Positions 1 to 9,797 of a stretch of DNA of 53,428 nucleotides are shown in pieces. Both the position numbers and the translations under genes were made by a program. The notes under the pieces were generated by a model. That model was not told the DNA's origin. It searched no databases and worked only from the letters and a program-made list of their open reading frames with translations. The stretch is from an uncultured Desulfobacteraceae bacterium (GTDB taxonomy: Bacteria > Desulfobacterota > Desulfobacteria > Desulfobacterales > JAABSP01): positions 1 to 53,428 of the forward strand of contig CAYSLC010000009.1 of assembly GCA_964431545.1 (NCBI GenBank). Direction: 5' to 3'. Each line of letters opens with the position of its first letter. Positions within the stretch are counted from its first letter, which is position 1.

Positions 1-66
1 GGGACGGAGGGGGGCTACAACCCGAAAAAGGTTTTCGAGAAGATTCGAGAAGAGAGGATATACACA

Positions 67-240
67 ATGGCAACAACGACCATGGACATCATCCGGATTC
101 TGCTGTCGGTGATCATCCCTCCCATAGGCGTTTTCCTGCAGGTGGGCATCGGTCTCCATTTCTGGCTCAACATCCTGCTTACACTTTTGGGATATGTGCC
201 GGGATTGATCCACGCCATCTGGGTCATCGTCAAAAAGTAG
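67..240 (+). CDS. Pmp3/YqaE (UPF0057) family small hydrophobic proteolipid, 57 aa
   Basis: ATG at 67, TAG at 238-240. Translation MATTTMDIIRILLSVIIPPIGVFLQVGIGLHFWLNILLTLLGYVPGLIHAIWVIVKK has two TM helices and the family-typical PPIGVF...GY.PG..HA motif. SD-like GAGAAGAGAGGA lies upstream. Absent from the ORF track only because it is shorter than 60 aa. Confidence 0.7.
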   Translation: MATTTMDIIRILLSVIIPPIGVFLQVGIGLHFWLNILLTLLGYVPGLIHAIWVIVKK

Positions 241-287
241 GATCCAAACAGCCCAGCGCCCCTCCCACGCCCGCCGCCCAACCGCTT

Positions 288-307
288 TGCCGGGGAGCCG
301 TCCCCGG
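288..307 (+). terminator. GC-rich hairpin downstream of the pmp3-like gene (weak intrinsic terminator candidate)
   Basis: gccgggga-gcc-gtccccggc forms a perfect 8-bp stem, but the following U-tract is poor (tctccatg). Confidence 0.25.
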
Positions 308-512
308 CTCTCCATGAGCTGAACATCGATGTCTTGACACACGGAAGCAAACGGTGTAACACCCCCACACAGGCATGGGGTATTTCCCCCATGTCTGGGT
401 GGGGTCTGCATGTCCTTCTACAGTGTTTACCCCATGAAGATTCGTTTTACCGTCTTCCCTTTTGGGGGAAACGCCGTGGGCCCCTTGGGACTCACGGGAA
501 TGAGGAGGACCC

Positions 513-1934
513 ATGCGGCGATCCGGTCCGGTTTTCCGCGCGCTTTTTTTTCTTTCCTCCATTCTGCTCCCGCTCCCCTGGTGTTTCATCGGAGGTACGC
601 CCTTGGGCCCCGAACCGGCGAGGGCGGAAAACCGTCTCCCGTCCCTTCCGGAGACCGATCCCTTCGGCCGAATCGAATCGATCCACCTCTATCGGGTTTT
701 GGACGGAAGGAATCAGAACCTGGTCCTTTCCGGACCGGACCTCGAAGCCGGGGATCCCCTGCGGGTGGAGGGCCATATCAGCGGCATCGTGGTCTTCTGC
801 GGCTCGGCGCTGACCGTGGAGGTGGGTCGGCGTCGGTTCGACCGCATCCGGATCAACCGGGACGGAAGCCTCTCGGCCCGCTACCACGGGACACTGGACC
901 CTTCGGAGATTCCCGGCGCCGGCGCCCAAAGCGGGTACTTCGAATCGGTGGATCCCGGGGAGGGGCCGAACGGCGGGGATAAACGGCCGCGCGGGCCGGG
1001 CTATTCCCTCTTTCCCAAGATCCGCGGCGACGCCATTCACCGGGGCCATCGGTTCGATATCCGGTTCGCCGCCTCCACGGGCGAACGGACCCTGGAAATC
1101 CGCCAGGAGGGCTACCGGCGGGTGGTGCTCCCCGACGCGGACGAGGACGGGCCGCGGTTCAATTACGTCGGCTCCCGCATGGGCGGCTTGACCGAGCGGG
1201 TGGAGGATCTGGGCCGTCGACTGCGGGCGATCTCCAGGGGCATCGCCCAGGTGGAAGAGGCCCTCGAGGGGGGGCTGGTCTCGGATGTCGACATCGTCGA
1301 CCGGGAGGAGATCGAAAACGCCCTCACCCTGGAAGAGAGCGACCACATCTGGATCTACATCGACACCCTTCGCGGGGAGCCCATCCCTGAGCTGGAGACC
1401 ATTGCGGCCCACGAAACCCTCCACAAGTTCGTCGACCGCCATGCCGTCACCCGGAACACGGAAATCCGGAGGCTCTTCGCGGACCTGCGGGGGTTTTCCC
1501 CCTTCTCGTGGGAGCGATTCCTCCTGGTGACCCAGGGGACACTGCCGGAGGAATCCCCCGAGCCGCCCCCCCAAACGGCGCTGTTCTTTTCGTTCATCAA
1601 TGAGAAGCACTATCTGGAAGACCGAAAAGGGGGCCACGCCCACGAGAATCTGGATGAGTTCTGCGCCTCATTCCTCCACACCACCCTCTATCCCCACCGG
1701 TTCCGCGGGAACCTCCGCCGCCCCCTGCGGACGGCCGAAGGACCCGAGGGCGGCCGGCGCCTCACCGATCAGGAACGGCAAAAGATCAAGGAGCTGTATG
1801 GCCGGAGCCTGCGGATCTTTACCGAAGCCCTCTGCGGTGAAGGCTCCGGAAAAGGATCCTCGGCGTTGTTGTCCGCCTGGCGAGAGACCCTTCGGATGAG
1901 GGGGGAGGGGCATCCGGCGGAGCAGGGGATCTGA
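513..1934 (+). CDS. hypothetical secreted protein with HEXXH motif (putative zincin-like metallopeptidase-like), 473 aa
   Basis: ATG preceded by GAGGAGGA SD. Hydrophobic N-terminal signal-like segment (LFFLSSILLPLPWCFIGG). Internal AAHETLHKFVDRH (HEXXH). No other family recognised. Confidence 0.5.
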   Translation: MRRSGPVFRALFFLSSILLPLPWCFIGGTPLGPEPARAENRLPSLPETDPFGRIESIHLYRVLDGRNQNLVLSGPDLEAGDPLRVEGHISGIVVFCGSALTVEVGRRRFDRIRINRDGSLSARYHGTLDPSEIPGAGAQSGYFESVDPGEGPNGGDKRPRGPGYSLFPKIRGDAIHRGHRFDIRFAASTGERTLEIRQEGYRRVVLPDADEDGPRFNYVGSRMGGLTERVEDLGRRLRAISRGIAQVEEALEGGLVSDVDIVDREEIENALTLEESDHIWIYIDTLRGEPIPELETIAAHETLHKFVDRHAVTRNTEIRRLFADLRGFSPFSWERFLLVTQGTLPEESPEPPPQTALFFSFINEKHYLEDRKGGHAHENLDEFCASFLHTTLYPHRFRGNLRRPLRTAEGPEGGRRLTDQERQKIKELYGRSLRIFTEALCGEGSGKGSSALLSAWRETLRMRGEGHPAEQGI

Positions 1935-1960
1935 AGCCCTTTCCGGAGGATTGACGGGGA

Positions 1961-4603
1961 TCAGGGGAGCACCGCCTCCACGGTCCGCTTGATCTCCGCC
2001 ACCTGCCGCCCGGCCTCCACCTTCTGGCCGTCGAAATCCCGCACGTAGAAGACATCCACCACCTGGTCCACTTGGGTGGCGATCTTGGCCAGCCAGACGT
2101 CGAGTCTGCACCGGAAGAGGGCGTCGGTCAGCAGGAAGAGCAGTCCCGGAAAATCCCAGGTGAAGACCTCGATGATGGTGAAGAAGGTGGAGGTCTCGTT
2201 GTCCACCTCCACCCGGTGGGGTTTTTTGAGGGTGGGCGGTTTTTCGTATCCGTACTCGGCGAGCCGCTCCCTGAGCTGGGCCCCCAGGTCGATCCTTCCC
2301 GCCAGGGCCTCCAGGACGTCCTCCCGGATCTTCTCCCATTTCTGAACCTCGTAGATCCGGTCCGGGGGCGGCTTCACCCGGAAGATGTCCAGCGCATGGC
2401 TGTTTCGCCAGGTGTAGATCTGAGCGTTGAGGATATCCACGCCGTTGAGGGTGAAGGCCCCGGAGATTTTGGAGAAGAGACCCGGGCAGTCCCCGGCGCA
2501 GACGGTCACCTTCCGGGCGCTGGCGTCGGGAATCCGCTCGATCTTCCAGGCGAACCGCCGGTCCCCCATGGAGCGGAACAATGCGATGTGGTCCACCATC
2601 GACTCGATGGGGGTCTGAAGCAGGTATCTCGGCGACATCACCTTGAGGACCGAATCCGCGGCCGCCCGCTCTCCATCGGCGCGGAAGGAGCGGCGCACCG
2701 CCTCCTTCTTTTTCTCCACCATCTCCACGGCCTCGCTGGTGGCGAGTTCACCGCGCTCCAGCGTGTTGAGGACATTGAGGTAGAGACCCTGCATCAGGGA
2801 GAGGGACCAGCTGTTCCAGGCCTTGGGGCCGGTGGCGATGGAGTCGGCGACCGTCAGGAGGTAGACCATCTTGAGCCGTTTGACCTCGCCGATCCGCCGG
2901 GCGCAGAGGATGGCGGTCTCCTCGTCCTGGATGTCCCTCCTGGCGGCGGTCTTGGCCAGGAGCAGGTGCTCCCTGACCAGAAAGGAGACGGTGTCGATCA
3001 TCCCCTCGTCGTAGCCCTTTTCGGCGAGGACGCCCCGGACCAGGTCCGCCCCCTTCTCGGAGTGGTTCCCGTCCGGCTCCCCCTTGCCGATGTCGTGGAG
3101 GAGGGCGGCCCAGAGGAGGGTCTTCCGGTCGTCGAGTTCCCGGTAGAGTTCTCCGCACAGGGCGTCCCGCGTGGGGTCTTCCCCGGTGCCGAAGGCCTTG
3201 AGGATCCGCACCGTGCGAAGGGAATGTTTGTCCACCGGGTAGAGGTGGTATTCATCGTACTGGATCCGGTGAACGATGGTCCGGAACCTGGGGATGAACC
3301 GGACCAGAAAGCCGGTGTTGAGCATCTCGTTGAGGACGTTGAAGGTTGCCGTGGGGGAGACCAGCACCCGCTCGAAGGCGGCCACCATCTCCGGGGAGGA
3401 GCGGAAATCGGTGTCCACCAGATGGAGGAAGCTGCGCACCAGCCGGCCGGCCTCCAGGCTCAAGGGGAGCCGGAGCCGCGCGCTCTCCTCGAAGATCCTG
3501 ATCAACAGCTCCCGATGGGCGAGGATCCGCTCCGGGGAGGTGAACCCGAGCATGTTCCCCTTCACCTCGATCCCCGCAACAGCCGTCTTCCCGGGGTGCG
3601 CCCCGTCGACGTTCCGGTGTTCCAGGGCGTAGACGAAGGTGTCGTGGAGATGCTTGATGAAGTTCATCTGCTCGTGGAGATCGCCGAGGAACCGCTCCAC
3701 CGGCTGCTGCCCGTCCTCCGCCTCGTAGCCGAGCCGTTTGGCCACCTGTTCCTGGTAATCGAAATGGAGCTGGTCGTACTTCCGCCCTGCCAGGTGGTGG
3801 AGGTGGTTCCGGACCCTCCAGATGAACGACAGGGCCCCGGACATCTCCCGGAACTCTTCGTAGGAGAGGTATCCGTAAAATTCGAGATCCCGGGGTCGAT
3901 GGATCTCCGACTGGATCCGCGCCACCCACATGATGGTGTGGTAATCCCTGAGGCCCCCGCGGCCTTCTTTGAGATTGGGTTCCAGCAGGAAGGAGGAATC
4001 CCCGAAGGCGATGTGGCGCTCCCGGTTGGTCCGAACCAGCCGGTCCACGAACGCCTCGGTGCGAAGCGCGATCACCTCCCGGCGGAATTTCTTCATCAAC
4101 TCGGCGAACAACGGGGACATGCCGCAGACGAACCGGGCGTCCAGCAGGGCGGTGAGCACCTGAACGTCCTCCTCCGGGATGGCGATGGGCTCCCGTAGGG
4201 TGCGGATGGTGTGGCTTACGTGGAGCCCGATGTCCCACAAGGGGTAGACGAGATCGGCGACGAGGCGCTCCGCCGCGTCGGGGATCCCGTTTCCGAAAAG
4301 GATCAGCAGGTCGACGTCCGAATGGATGCACTGCTCGCCCCGGCCGTACCCCCCCAGGGCCACGACGGCATAGGGGATCCGGTCCTCCCCCGGCCCGAAG
4401 CCGGCTTGAACGGTCTCGCACCGGTCGTTGAAGTAGGTGTCGAGGAGCAGGGTATGCTCCTTCAGAAAGTCGGGTTCCCGATCCTCCAGAAAGCCCTCCA
4501 TCAGATGACCGCGCCGCTGTTTAATTCGATCGACTGCGGCTGCCCCGGCGTGCTTCATCTCTTTTCGCTCCCCTCCGGCCCCGCTTCCAGATGGTGCCTC
4601 CAC
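1961..4603 (-). CDS. glnD: [protein-PII] uridylyltransferase / uridylyl-removing enzyme GlnD
   Basis: 880-aa ORF containing the nucleotidyltransferase motif GGYGRGE...SDVDLLILF, an HD domain (LLHDIGKG) and C-terminal ACT-like region. The ORF-track start is GTG at 4603; an alternative ATG (MKHAG) at ~4558 would give an ATGA overlap with the glnE stop. Confidence 0.9.
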   Translation of the reverse strand: MEAPSGSGAGGERKEMKHAGAAAVDRIKQRRGHLMEGFLEDREPDFLKEHTLLLDTYFNDRCETVQAGFGPGEDRIPYAVVALGGYGRGEQCIHSDVDLLILFGNGIPDAAERLVADLVYPLWDIGLHVSHTIRTLREPIAIPEEDVQVLTALLDARFVCGMSPLFAELMKKFRREVIALRTEAFVDRLVRTNRERHIAFGDSSFLLEPNLKEGRGGLRDYHTIMWVARIQSEIHRPRDLEFYGYLSYEEFREMSGALSFIWRVRNHLHHLAGRKYDQLHFDYQEQVAKRLGYEAEDGQQPVERFLGDLHEQMNFIKHLHDTFVYALEHRNVDGAHPGKTAVAGIEVKGNMLGFTSPERILAHRELLIRIFEESARLRLPLSLEAGRLVRSFLHLVDTDFRSSPEMVAAFERVLVSPTATFNVLNEMLNTGFLVRFIPRFRTIVHRIQYDEYHLYPVDKHSLRTVRILKAFGTGEDPTRDALCGELYRELDDRKTLLWAALLHDIGKGEPDGNHSEKGADLVRGVLAEKGYDEGMIDTVSFLVREHLLLAKTAARRDIQDEETAILCARRIGEVKRLKMVYLLTVADSIATGPKAWNSWSLSLMQGLYLNVLNTLERGELATSEAVEMVEKKKEAVRRSFRADGERAAADSVLKVMSPRYLLQTPIESMVDHIALFRSMGDRRFAWKIERIPDASARKVTVCAGDCPGLFSKISGAFTLNGVDILNAQIYTWRNSHALDIFRVKPPPDRIYEVQKWEKIREDVLEALAGRIDLGAQLRERLAEYGYEKPPTLKKPHRVEVDNETSTFFTIIEVFTWDFPGLLFLLTDALFRCRLDVWLAKIATQVDQVVDVFYVRDFDGQKVEAGRQVAEIKRTVEAVLP

Positions 4604-7482
4604 GCCCTCCCGACGGCCCTTCTCAACGGGCGGAACCAGATGTCCGGCACCTTCGCGGGCCGGTTCCGCAAGCTCATCCGGTGGCCGACGATCCGGTACG
4701 TCAGATAGGCCTTTCGGAGCAGGTAGGCGGTGACGTCATCGATGACCCCGGCCCCGGCCAGGGTGGCGATCTGGCGGACATTGTCGGTCCATCGCACCAG
4801 TTCGGGGCGGGCATGGGCGTGGCGGAGCACCAGGTACTGGACCAGGAACTCCACATCGACCATGCCGCCCGGCCCCTGTTTGAGGTCGAACTCCCCATCT
4901 CCCGGCTTGGCCAGCTCCCGGCGCATCCGTTCCCGCATCCGGAGCACCTCTTCCCGCAGCTGTTCCGGATCCCGCTTCTGGGTCAAAACTCGCCGCCGGA
5001 TCTCCCGGAACCGCTCCGCGAGCCCCGGATCGCCGCACACCGGCCGGGCCCGGATCAGGGCCTGCTTTTCCCAGGTCCACGCCTCCTCGGCCTGGTAGCC
5101 GCCGAACCCATCCACGTGGCAGACCAATACGCCGGCGCTGCCGCTGGGCCGGAGCCGCATGTCCGTCTCGTAGAGGGTTCCGGCGGAGGTGTGGGCCGTC
5201 AGCAGGTGGATCACCCGCTGGCCCAGCCGGGAGTAGAAAAAGCCGCTATCCGTGGGGCTGCGTCCCCCCCGGGTCTCCTCCGGGGTCCCGGCATGGAGGA
5301 AGACGAGGTCGAGATCGGAACCGTACCCCAGCTCCAGCCCGCCGAGTTTTCCGTAGGCGATGGCCACGAAGCCCCGGTCGCAGGTTCTCCCCTCGGTCCG
5401 GCAGACGGGGCGGCCGTGCTTTTCCACCAGATGGTCCCACGAGATGTCGAGAACCCGGTCGAGGACGACTTCGGCCAGATCCGACAGGTGGTCGCTGACC
5501 CGCATGAGGGGCAGGGCGCTGGTGATATCCGCCGCCGCCACCCGGAGGGTGTTGACCTGCTTGAAGACCCGGAGGACGTCCATCTGGGATTCCAGGTCCT
5601 CCGTGGGCAGACCGGCCATCCGCTGCCCGAGATCCTCAGCCAGGGCGGCCCGGTCCGGCGGCCGGTACAGAGTCCGGGGGTCGAGCAGCTCATCGAGCAG
5701 AACCGGATGGCGGCTCAAGAGCGAAAGGATCCAGGGGCTCAGCGTGGCGAACCGGGCCAGATGGGCGAGGGCGGCCGGGTTTTCCAGGAGCAGGGAGACA
5801 TAGCAGGTGCGCCGCTGCACGGTTCGGAGAAGATCGAGGATCCCCCGGAGGGTTTCGTCCGGGGATCGGGACCGGCTCGCCTCGGACAGGACCCGGGGCA
5901 TGAGCCGGTCGAGCCGCTCCCGGCCGTCCGGGCTCAGGCGCCGGGTGGAGGGGTCGAGCCGGTGTTCTTCCAGCAGCCCCATGGCCTCCTCGGGCTTCCG
6001 GAACCCTCCGGCGGCCAGCCGGTCCCGGATGGCGGCCCGGCCGGGCGGGTCGTCCAGGGGCGCCGCCCAGAGATTTTCCCACCCCTCGGCCGGATCATCG
6101 TCACGCGTCCCGTCCCCCTCCCCGCCCCCCTCCAGAAGGGTGGCGAAATGGCGGGTCACGGCGCTCCGATGTTGTCCCAGGGCCTCCTCGAAGGCCTCCG
6201 GTCGGTGGAACCCCATGCCGGCCGCCAGCCGCAGCCGTCCCATATCGTCCGAGGGCAGCCGGTGGGTCTGGCCGTCGGCGTACTCCTGGAGGCGGTGTTC
6301 CACGTTCCGCAGGAACCGATAGGCGGCATCCAGCTCCCGGCGGACCCCTGTTTCGATATACCCCTCCCGAGCCAGGATGGAGAGGACCCGGAGGATCCGA
6401 CGTTCCTGGAGGGGCCGGGAGACCCCGCCCCGGATGAGCTGGAACACCTGGCCGAAGAACTCGATCTCCCGGATCCCGCCGGGTCCGAGCTTGATGTCGT
6501 CCAGGAGATCCCGCCGCTTTACCTCCCGGGCGATCCGCCGCTTCATGTCCCGCAGCGACTCGAAGACCCCGAAATCGAGGTACCGCCGGTAGATGAAGGG
6601 GTTGAGCCGGGACAGGAGGCGGTCCCCGGCGTCGGTGTCCCCCGCCACGGGACGGGCCTTGATCCAGGCGTACCGCTCCCATTCCCGGCCCTCGATCTGG
6701 TAGTAGGACTCCATGGCGTCGAAGCTCATCACCAGGGGACCGTTCTCCCCGAAGGGCCTAAGATTCATGTCCACCCGGAAGACCTGCCCCGACGGCCGCT
6801 TCTCCCCCAGAACCTTCATCAGGCTCCGGGCCAGCCGGAGGAAGAACGCCTCGTTGGTGAGGTTCCGATCCCCGTCGGTCTCGCCGGAGCGGGGAAAGGC
6901 GAAGATCAGGTCCACATCCGAGGAGAAGTTGAGTTCCCGGGCCCCCAGCTTGCCCATGCCCATCACCACGAGCCGCTGCGGCTCTCCCTCCCGGCTCCGG
7001 GGGACCCCCCGTTTCCGGCACTCCTGTTCGTAGAGGGGCGTGAGGGCGCCGTCCACGGCGGCATCGGCAAAGGCGGAGAGGTCGGCCATGGTCTCCTCCA
7101 GGCCGGCCGCGCCGGAGAGATCCCGGAAGGCGATGCGGACCATCTCCCGCCGCCGAACCTCCCGGAGGGCGTCGGCAAGGGCCGATTCCTCGGTGATTCC
7201 GGAGAGCGCGTCCCCCACCCGGCGGAAGAATTCCCCCTCCGGGTAGCTGCGGTGGAGGTCGCCGGAGCGGAGCAGGTCCCGGGGCAGGTCCGGCCTCCGG
7301 ATACAGCCGCGGGAGACGAACTCGCTGAGGCCGAAGACCCGCCGCAGCACCGGGACCGTCCCGGGGTCGTCGATAGGGGGGATCTCCTGTTCCCGGGCCG
7401 CATCACAATAGTCCGACCACCTTCGACCGGCCTCCTCCGCCAGGGGGCCGGGAAGATCGGTGTTCCGCGCGGCCGTCCCCAT
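4555..7482 (-). CDS. glnE: bifunctional glutamine synthetase adenylyltransferase / adenylyl-removing enzyme GlnE
   Basis: 975-aa ORF with two nucleotidyltransferase halves (GMGKLGARELNFSSDVDLIFAF and YGKLGGLELGYGSDLDLVFLH), typical of GlnE. ATG at 7480-7482. Confidence 0.9.
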   Translation of the reverse strand: MGTAARNTDLPGPLAEEAGRRWSDYCDAAREQEIPPIDDPGTVPVLRRVFGLSEFVSRGCIRRPDLPRDLLRSGDLHRSYPEGEFFRRVGDALSGITEESALADALREVRRREMVRIAFRDLSGAAGLEETMADLSAFADAAVDGALTPLYEQECRKRGVPRSREGEPQRLVVMGMGKLGARELNFSSDVDLIFAFPRSGETDGDRNLTNEAFFLRLARSLMKVLGEKRPSGQVFRVDMNLRPFGENGPLVMSFDAMESYYQIEGREWERYAWIKARPVAGDTDAGDRLLSRLNPFIYRRYLDFGVFESLRDMKRRIAREVKRRDLLDDIKLGPGGIREIEFFGQVFQLIRGGVSRPLQERRILRVLSILAREGYIETGVRRELDAAYRFLRNVEHRLQEYADGQTHRLPSDDMGRLRLAAGMGFHRPEAFEEALGQHRSAVTRHFATLLEGGGEGDGTRDDDPAEGWENLWAAPLDDPPGRAAIRDRLAAGGFRKPEEAMGLLEEHRLDPSTRRLSPDGRERLDRLMPRVLSEASRSRSPDETLRGILDLLRTVQRRTCYVSLLLENPAALAHLARFATLSPWILSLLSRHPVLLDELLDPRTLYRPPDRAALAEDLGQRMAGLPTEDLESQMDVLRVFKQVNTLRVAAADITSALPLMRVSDHLSDLAEVVLDRVLDISWDHLVEKHGRPVCRTEGRTCDRGFVAIAYGKLGGLELGYGSDLDLVFLHAGTPEETRGGRSPTDSGFFYSRLGQRVIHLLTAHTSAGTLYETDMRLRPSGSAGVLVCHVDGFGGYQAEEAWTWEKQALIRARPVCGDPGLAERFREIRRRVLTQKRDPEQLREEVLRMRERMRRELAKPGDGEFDLKQGPGGMVDVEFLVQYLVLRHAHARPELVRWTDNVRQIATLAGAGVIDDVTAYLLRKAYLTYRIVGHRMSLRNRPAKVPDIWFRPLRRAVGRAWRHHLEAGPEGSEKR

Positions 7483-7487
7483 GCGCG

Positions 7488-9797
7488 CTACCGGACCACC
7501 GCCAGCTTCACCCGGGCGATCCCCATCTCGATCATGTCGATGACGCCGGCGGCATGTCTGGAGAGATCGATCACCCGGTTGTCCACATAGGGGCCTCGAT
7601 CGTTGATCCGCACCACCACGGCCTTTCCGTTCTCCAGATTGGTCACCTTCACCTTGGTACCGAAGGGCAGGGTCCGGTGGGCGGCGGTCAGCTCCCGGGC
7701 GGTGAAAATCTCGCCGTTGGCGGTCTTTCTCCCGATGAAAAATCCGCCGTACCAGGAGGCGACCCCCTGCTGAAAGACCGACGCGGGGCGGGCGGGCGTC
7801 TCCCCCGGCGATCCCCTTCCCGCGGCCGCGGCCATCCGGTCCTTGAGGTTCCCGATGCTCTCCCGGACCAGGGCGGTGTGGAGATGGCCCTCGGGCAGGG
7901 ACTCCCTGAAGATCCGGAGGGCGGTGTCATAGGCGGCCAGGGCCTCGACATCCTTCCCCAGATCCTCCAACGCCCCGGCGAGTCGATTGCCGATGGCCGC
8001 CGCCGCGAGGCTCCCCTTGCCCTGGACGGCTTCGGCGATGGCCAGGGCCTTCCGGTAGTTTTCCACCGCGGCCTCGTACTCCCCGAGAAAGTGCCAGGAG
8101 AGCCCCAGGTCGTTGTAGGCCTCGCCGGTGCGCGCGTGGGTCTCCCCGAAAACCTTTCGATCCACGGCCACGGCCTGGTTGTAATAATCGATGGCCTTCT
8201 CGAACTTCCCCTGGGCGCGCAGCACGCCGGCCAGGTGGGTCAGATCGGCGGCCACCCGGGGGTGCCGCCCCCCGAATGCCTCCCGATCGATGGAAAGGGC
8301 CTCTTCGAACCGCTCCTGTGCCCTGGCGTACGCCCCCATGTGGTGAAGGGCGAGGGCATGGTTGTTCAGATAGGCGGCCACTTCCGGATGATTCCCGCCG
8401 TAGACGTCCCTGGCGATCCCCACCGCCTCCTGGAACAATTCCTCGGCCTGGCGGAAGTTCTGGAGATCGTACCAGGCGAGTCCCAGCCGATTGAGATCCA
8501 CCGCCACGTCGAGGTGCCGGTTTCCATAGGCCTTTCGATCGATGGCCAGGGCCCGTTCATAGTGGCGGATCGCCGTTTCGTGCTCCTCGACCCCCTGCCA
8601 GGCCCGCCCCAGACGGTTCAAGGTGGCCGCCACCTTGGGATGGTCCCGCCCGTGGGCGGATTCCCGGACCTCCAGCACGCTCTCCAGAAGCGGGATCGCC
8701 CTGTCGTAGGCCTGGAGTCCGAGCCAGGCGACGGCCAGGTTGTCCCGGTCTTCGGTGACCCTCGGATGGGACTCTGGGTGGTGCTTTCGATCGATGGCCA
8801 GGGCGCGCTGGAACAGCGAGGCCGCCTTGCGGTATTCCCCGAGGCTGTTCCAGGTGAGGCCCAGGTTGCTCAGGTCGGCGGCCACCTTGGGATCCGAGTC
8901 CCCCAGGAGGGTTTCGTGGATGGAGAGGGCCCGCCGGAAGTGCTCGATGGCCCGCCCGTACTCCCCGAGGGTGTGCCAGGCCTGGCCCAGGGTGTTGAGA
9001 TCCTCGGCGACCCTCAAATGGCACTCCCCGTGACGGCGCTCATCGATGGCAAGGACCCGCTCGAAGTAGTCCACCGCCTTCCGGGTCTTCCCGAGCTGTT
9101 TCCAGGCCAGGCCGATGTTATTGAGGAGGACCACCACCTTCTCGTCCTCTTCGCCGAAGTTGGCCCGGTCCAGGACGAGGGCCGCTTCATACTGTTCGAT
9201 GGCCTCTTTGTATCGACCGGATTGTTGGAGGGCGCCGCCCAGGTGGTAGAGGTAGGTGGAGTTCTCCGGCGCAAGCTCCACGGCCCGCCGGTGGTAGGTT
9301 CCGGCGGCCTCGAAATCGGCCCGGAGTTCCTTGAAGACCCCGAGCTGGAAGGCTTCGGCGGCGGCGGCGCGTCTGACGCGGATCAGGGCATCCAGCCGGT
9401 CGGCCAGGGAGCGTTGGAGCAGGGTTTCAAAGCCCTCCACGTCCATGGCGGCCGGCGTCTCCTGGGCTTCGGCGCCCGGTTCCCGCCCTTCCGGCCGCCG
9501 GCCGAGGCGGACCACCAGCCGGCGGTACCACCGGAGCCACTTGTCCATCTCGGACCGGAGCCGGTCACCGGCCATGCCGCGCTCCTCCAACAGCCCCCTG
9601 AGGCCGTCCCGGAGCGCCCGCGGGATATCCGGCGCCGACGCTTCGTCCCCGCCGGTCTCCGGCGCCTGGCGTTCGGCCGGACCGGAAACCCGGGGCTCCC
9701 CGGACGCCTCCGTCGGCGCGGCGTCGGGAATTCCCCAGGCGGTTCCCCCCCAGGAGAGGAGAAGCAGGAGAATCGAACAGAGGAGGGGACGAGTCAT
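7488..9797 (-). CDS. secreted TPR-repeat protein with C-terminal RlpA-like double-psi beta-barrel (DPBB) domain, ~770 aa
   Basis: Start at [22 protein letters not shown] (signal peptide) inside the longer track ORF 7488..10286; its ATG overlaps the stop of the upstream ATPase gene (ATGA). About 10 tandem 42-residue TPR_10/12-like repeats (HP.VA..LNNLG.AW..LGEY.KA...). C-terminus [20 protein letters not shown]...[26 protein letters not shown] matches the RlpA DPBB fold. Confidence 0.75.
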   Translation of the reverse strand: MTRPLLCSILLLLLSWGGTAWGIPDAAPTEASGEPRVSGPAERQAPETGGDEASAPDIPRALRDGLRGLLEERGMAGDRLRSEMDKWLRWYRRLVVRLGRRPEGREPGAEAQETPAAMDVEGFETLLQRSLADRLDALIRVRRAAAAEAFQLGVFKELRADFEAAGTYHRRAVELAPENSTYLYHLGGALQQSGRYKEAIEQYEAALVLDRANFGEEDEKVVVLLNNIGLAWKQLGKTRKAVDYFERVLAIDERRHGECHLRVAEDLNTLGQAWHTLGEYGRAIEHFRRALSIHETLLGDSDPKVAADLSNLGLTWNSLGEYRKAASLFQRALAIDRKHHPESHPRVTEDRDNLAVAWLGLQAYDRAIPLLESVLEVRESAHGRDHPKVAATLNRLGRAWQGVEEHETAIRHYERALAIDRKAYGNRHLDVAVDLNRLGLAWYDLQNFRQAEELFQEAVGIARDVYGGNHPEVAAYLNNHALALHHMGAYARAQERFEEALSIDREAFGGRHPRVAADLTHLAGVLRAQGKFEKAIDYYNQAVAVDRKVFGETHARTGEAYNDLGLSWHFLGEYEAAVENYRKALAIAEAVQGKGSLAAAAIGNRLAGALEDLGKDVEALAAYDTALRIFRESLPEGHLHTALVRESIGNLKDRMAAAAGRGSPGETPARPASVFQQGVASWYGGFFIGRKTANGEIFTARELTAAHRTLPFGTKVKVTNLENGKAVVVRINDRGPYVDNRVIDLSRHAAGVIDMIEMGIARVKLAVVR

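Noticed and set aside
15-392. 125-aa minus-strand ORF overlapping the Pmp3-like gene
   Set aside because: Antisense to a small gene that has a convincing family signature and an RBS; no motifs of its own.
330-400. Possible GEMM/c-di-GMP riboswitch in the leader of the HEXXH protein (GCAAAC...ggggtatttcccc)
   Set aside because: Only a short GCAAAC resemblance; the conserved GGGACGCAAAGCC core is absent. Kept only as a generic 'structured leader' observation.
2072-7590. Very long plus-strand ORFs (708 aa at 2072..4198; 999 aa at 4591..7590) antisense to glnD and glnE
   Set aside because: Antisense to genes with unambiguous GlnD/GlnE motifs; their translations are Pro/Gly/Arg-rich with no motifs. 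GC-rich shadow ORFs.
7900-9300. Degenerate ~126-bp tandem periodicity inside the TPR gene
   Set aside because: Explained by the 42-residue TPR protein repeats; the DNA copies are too diverged to be a recent tandem duplication or a mobile repeat.
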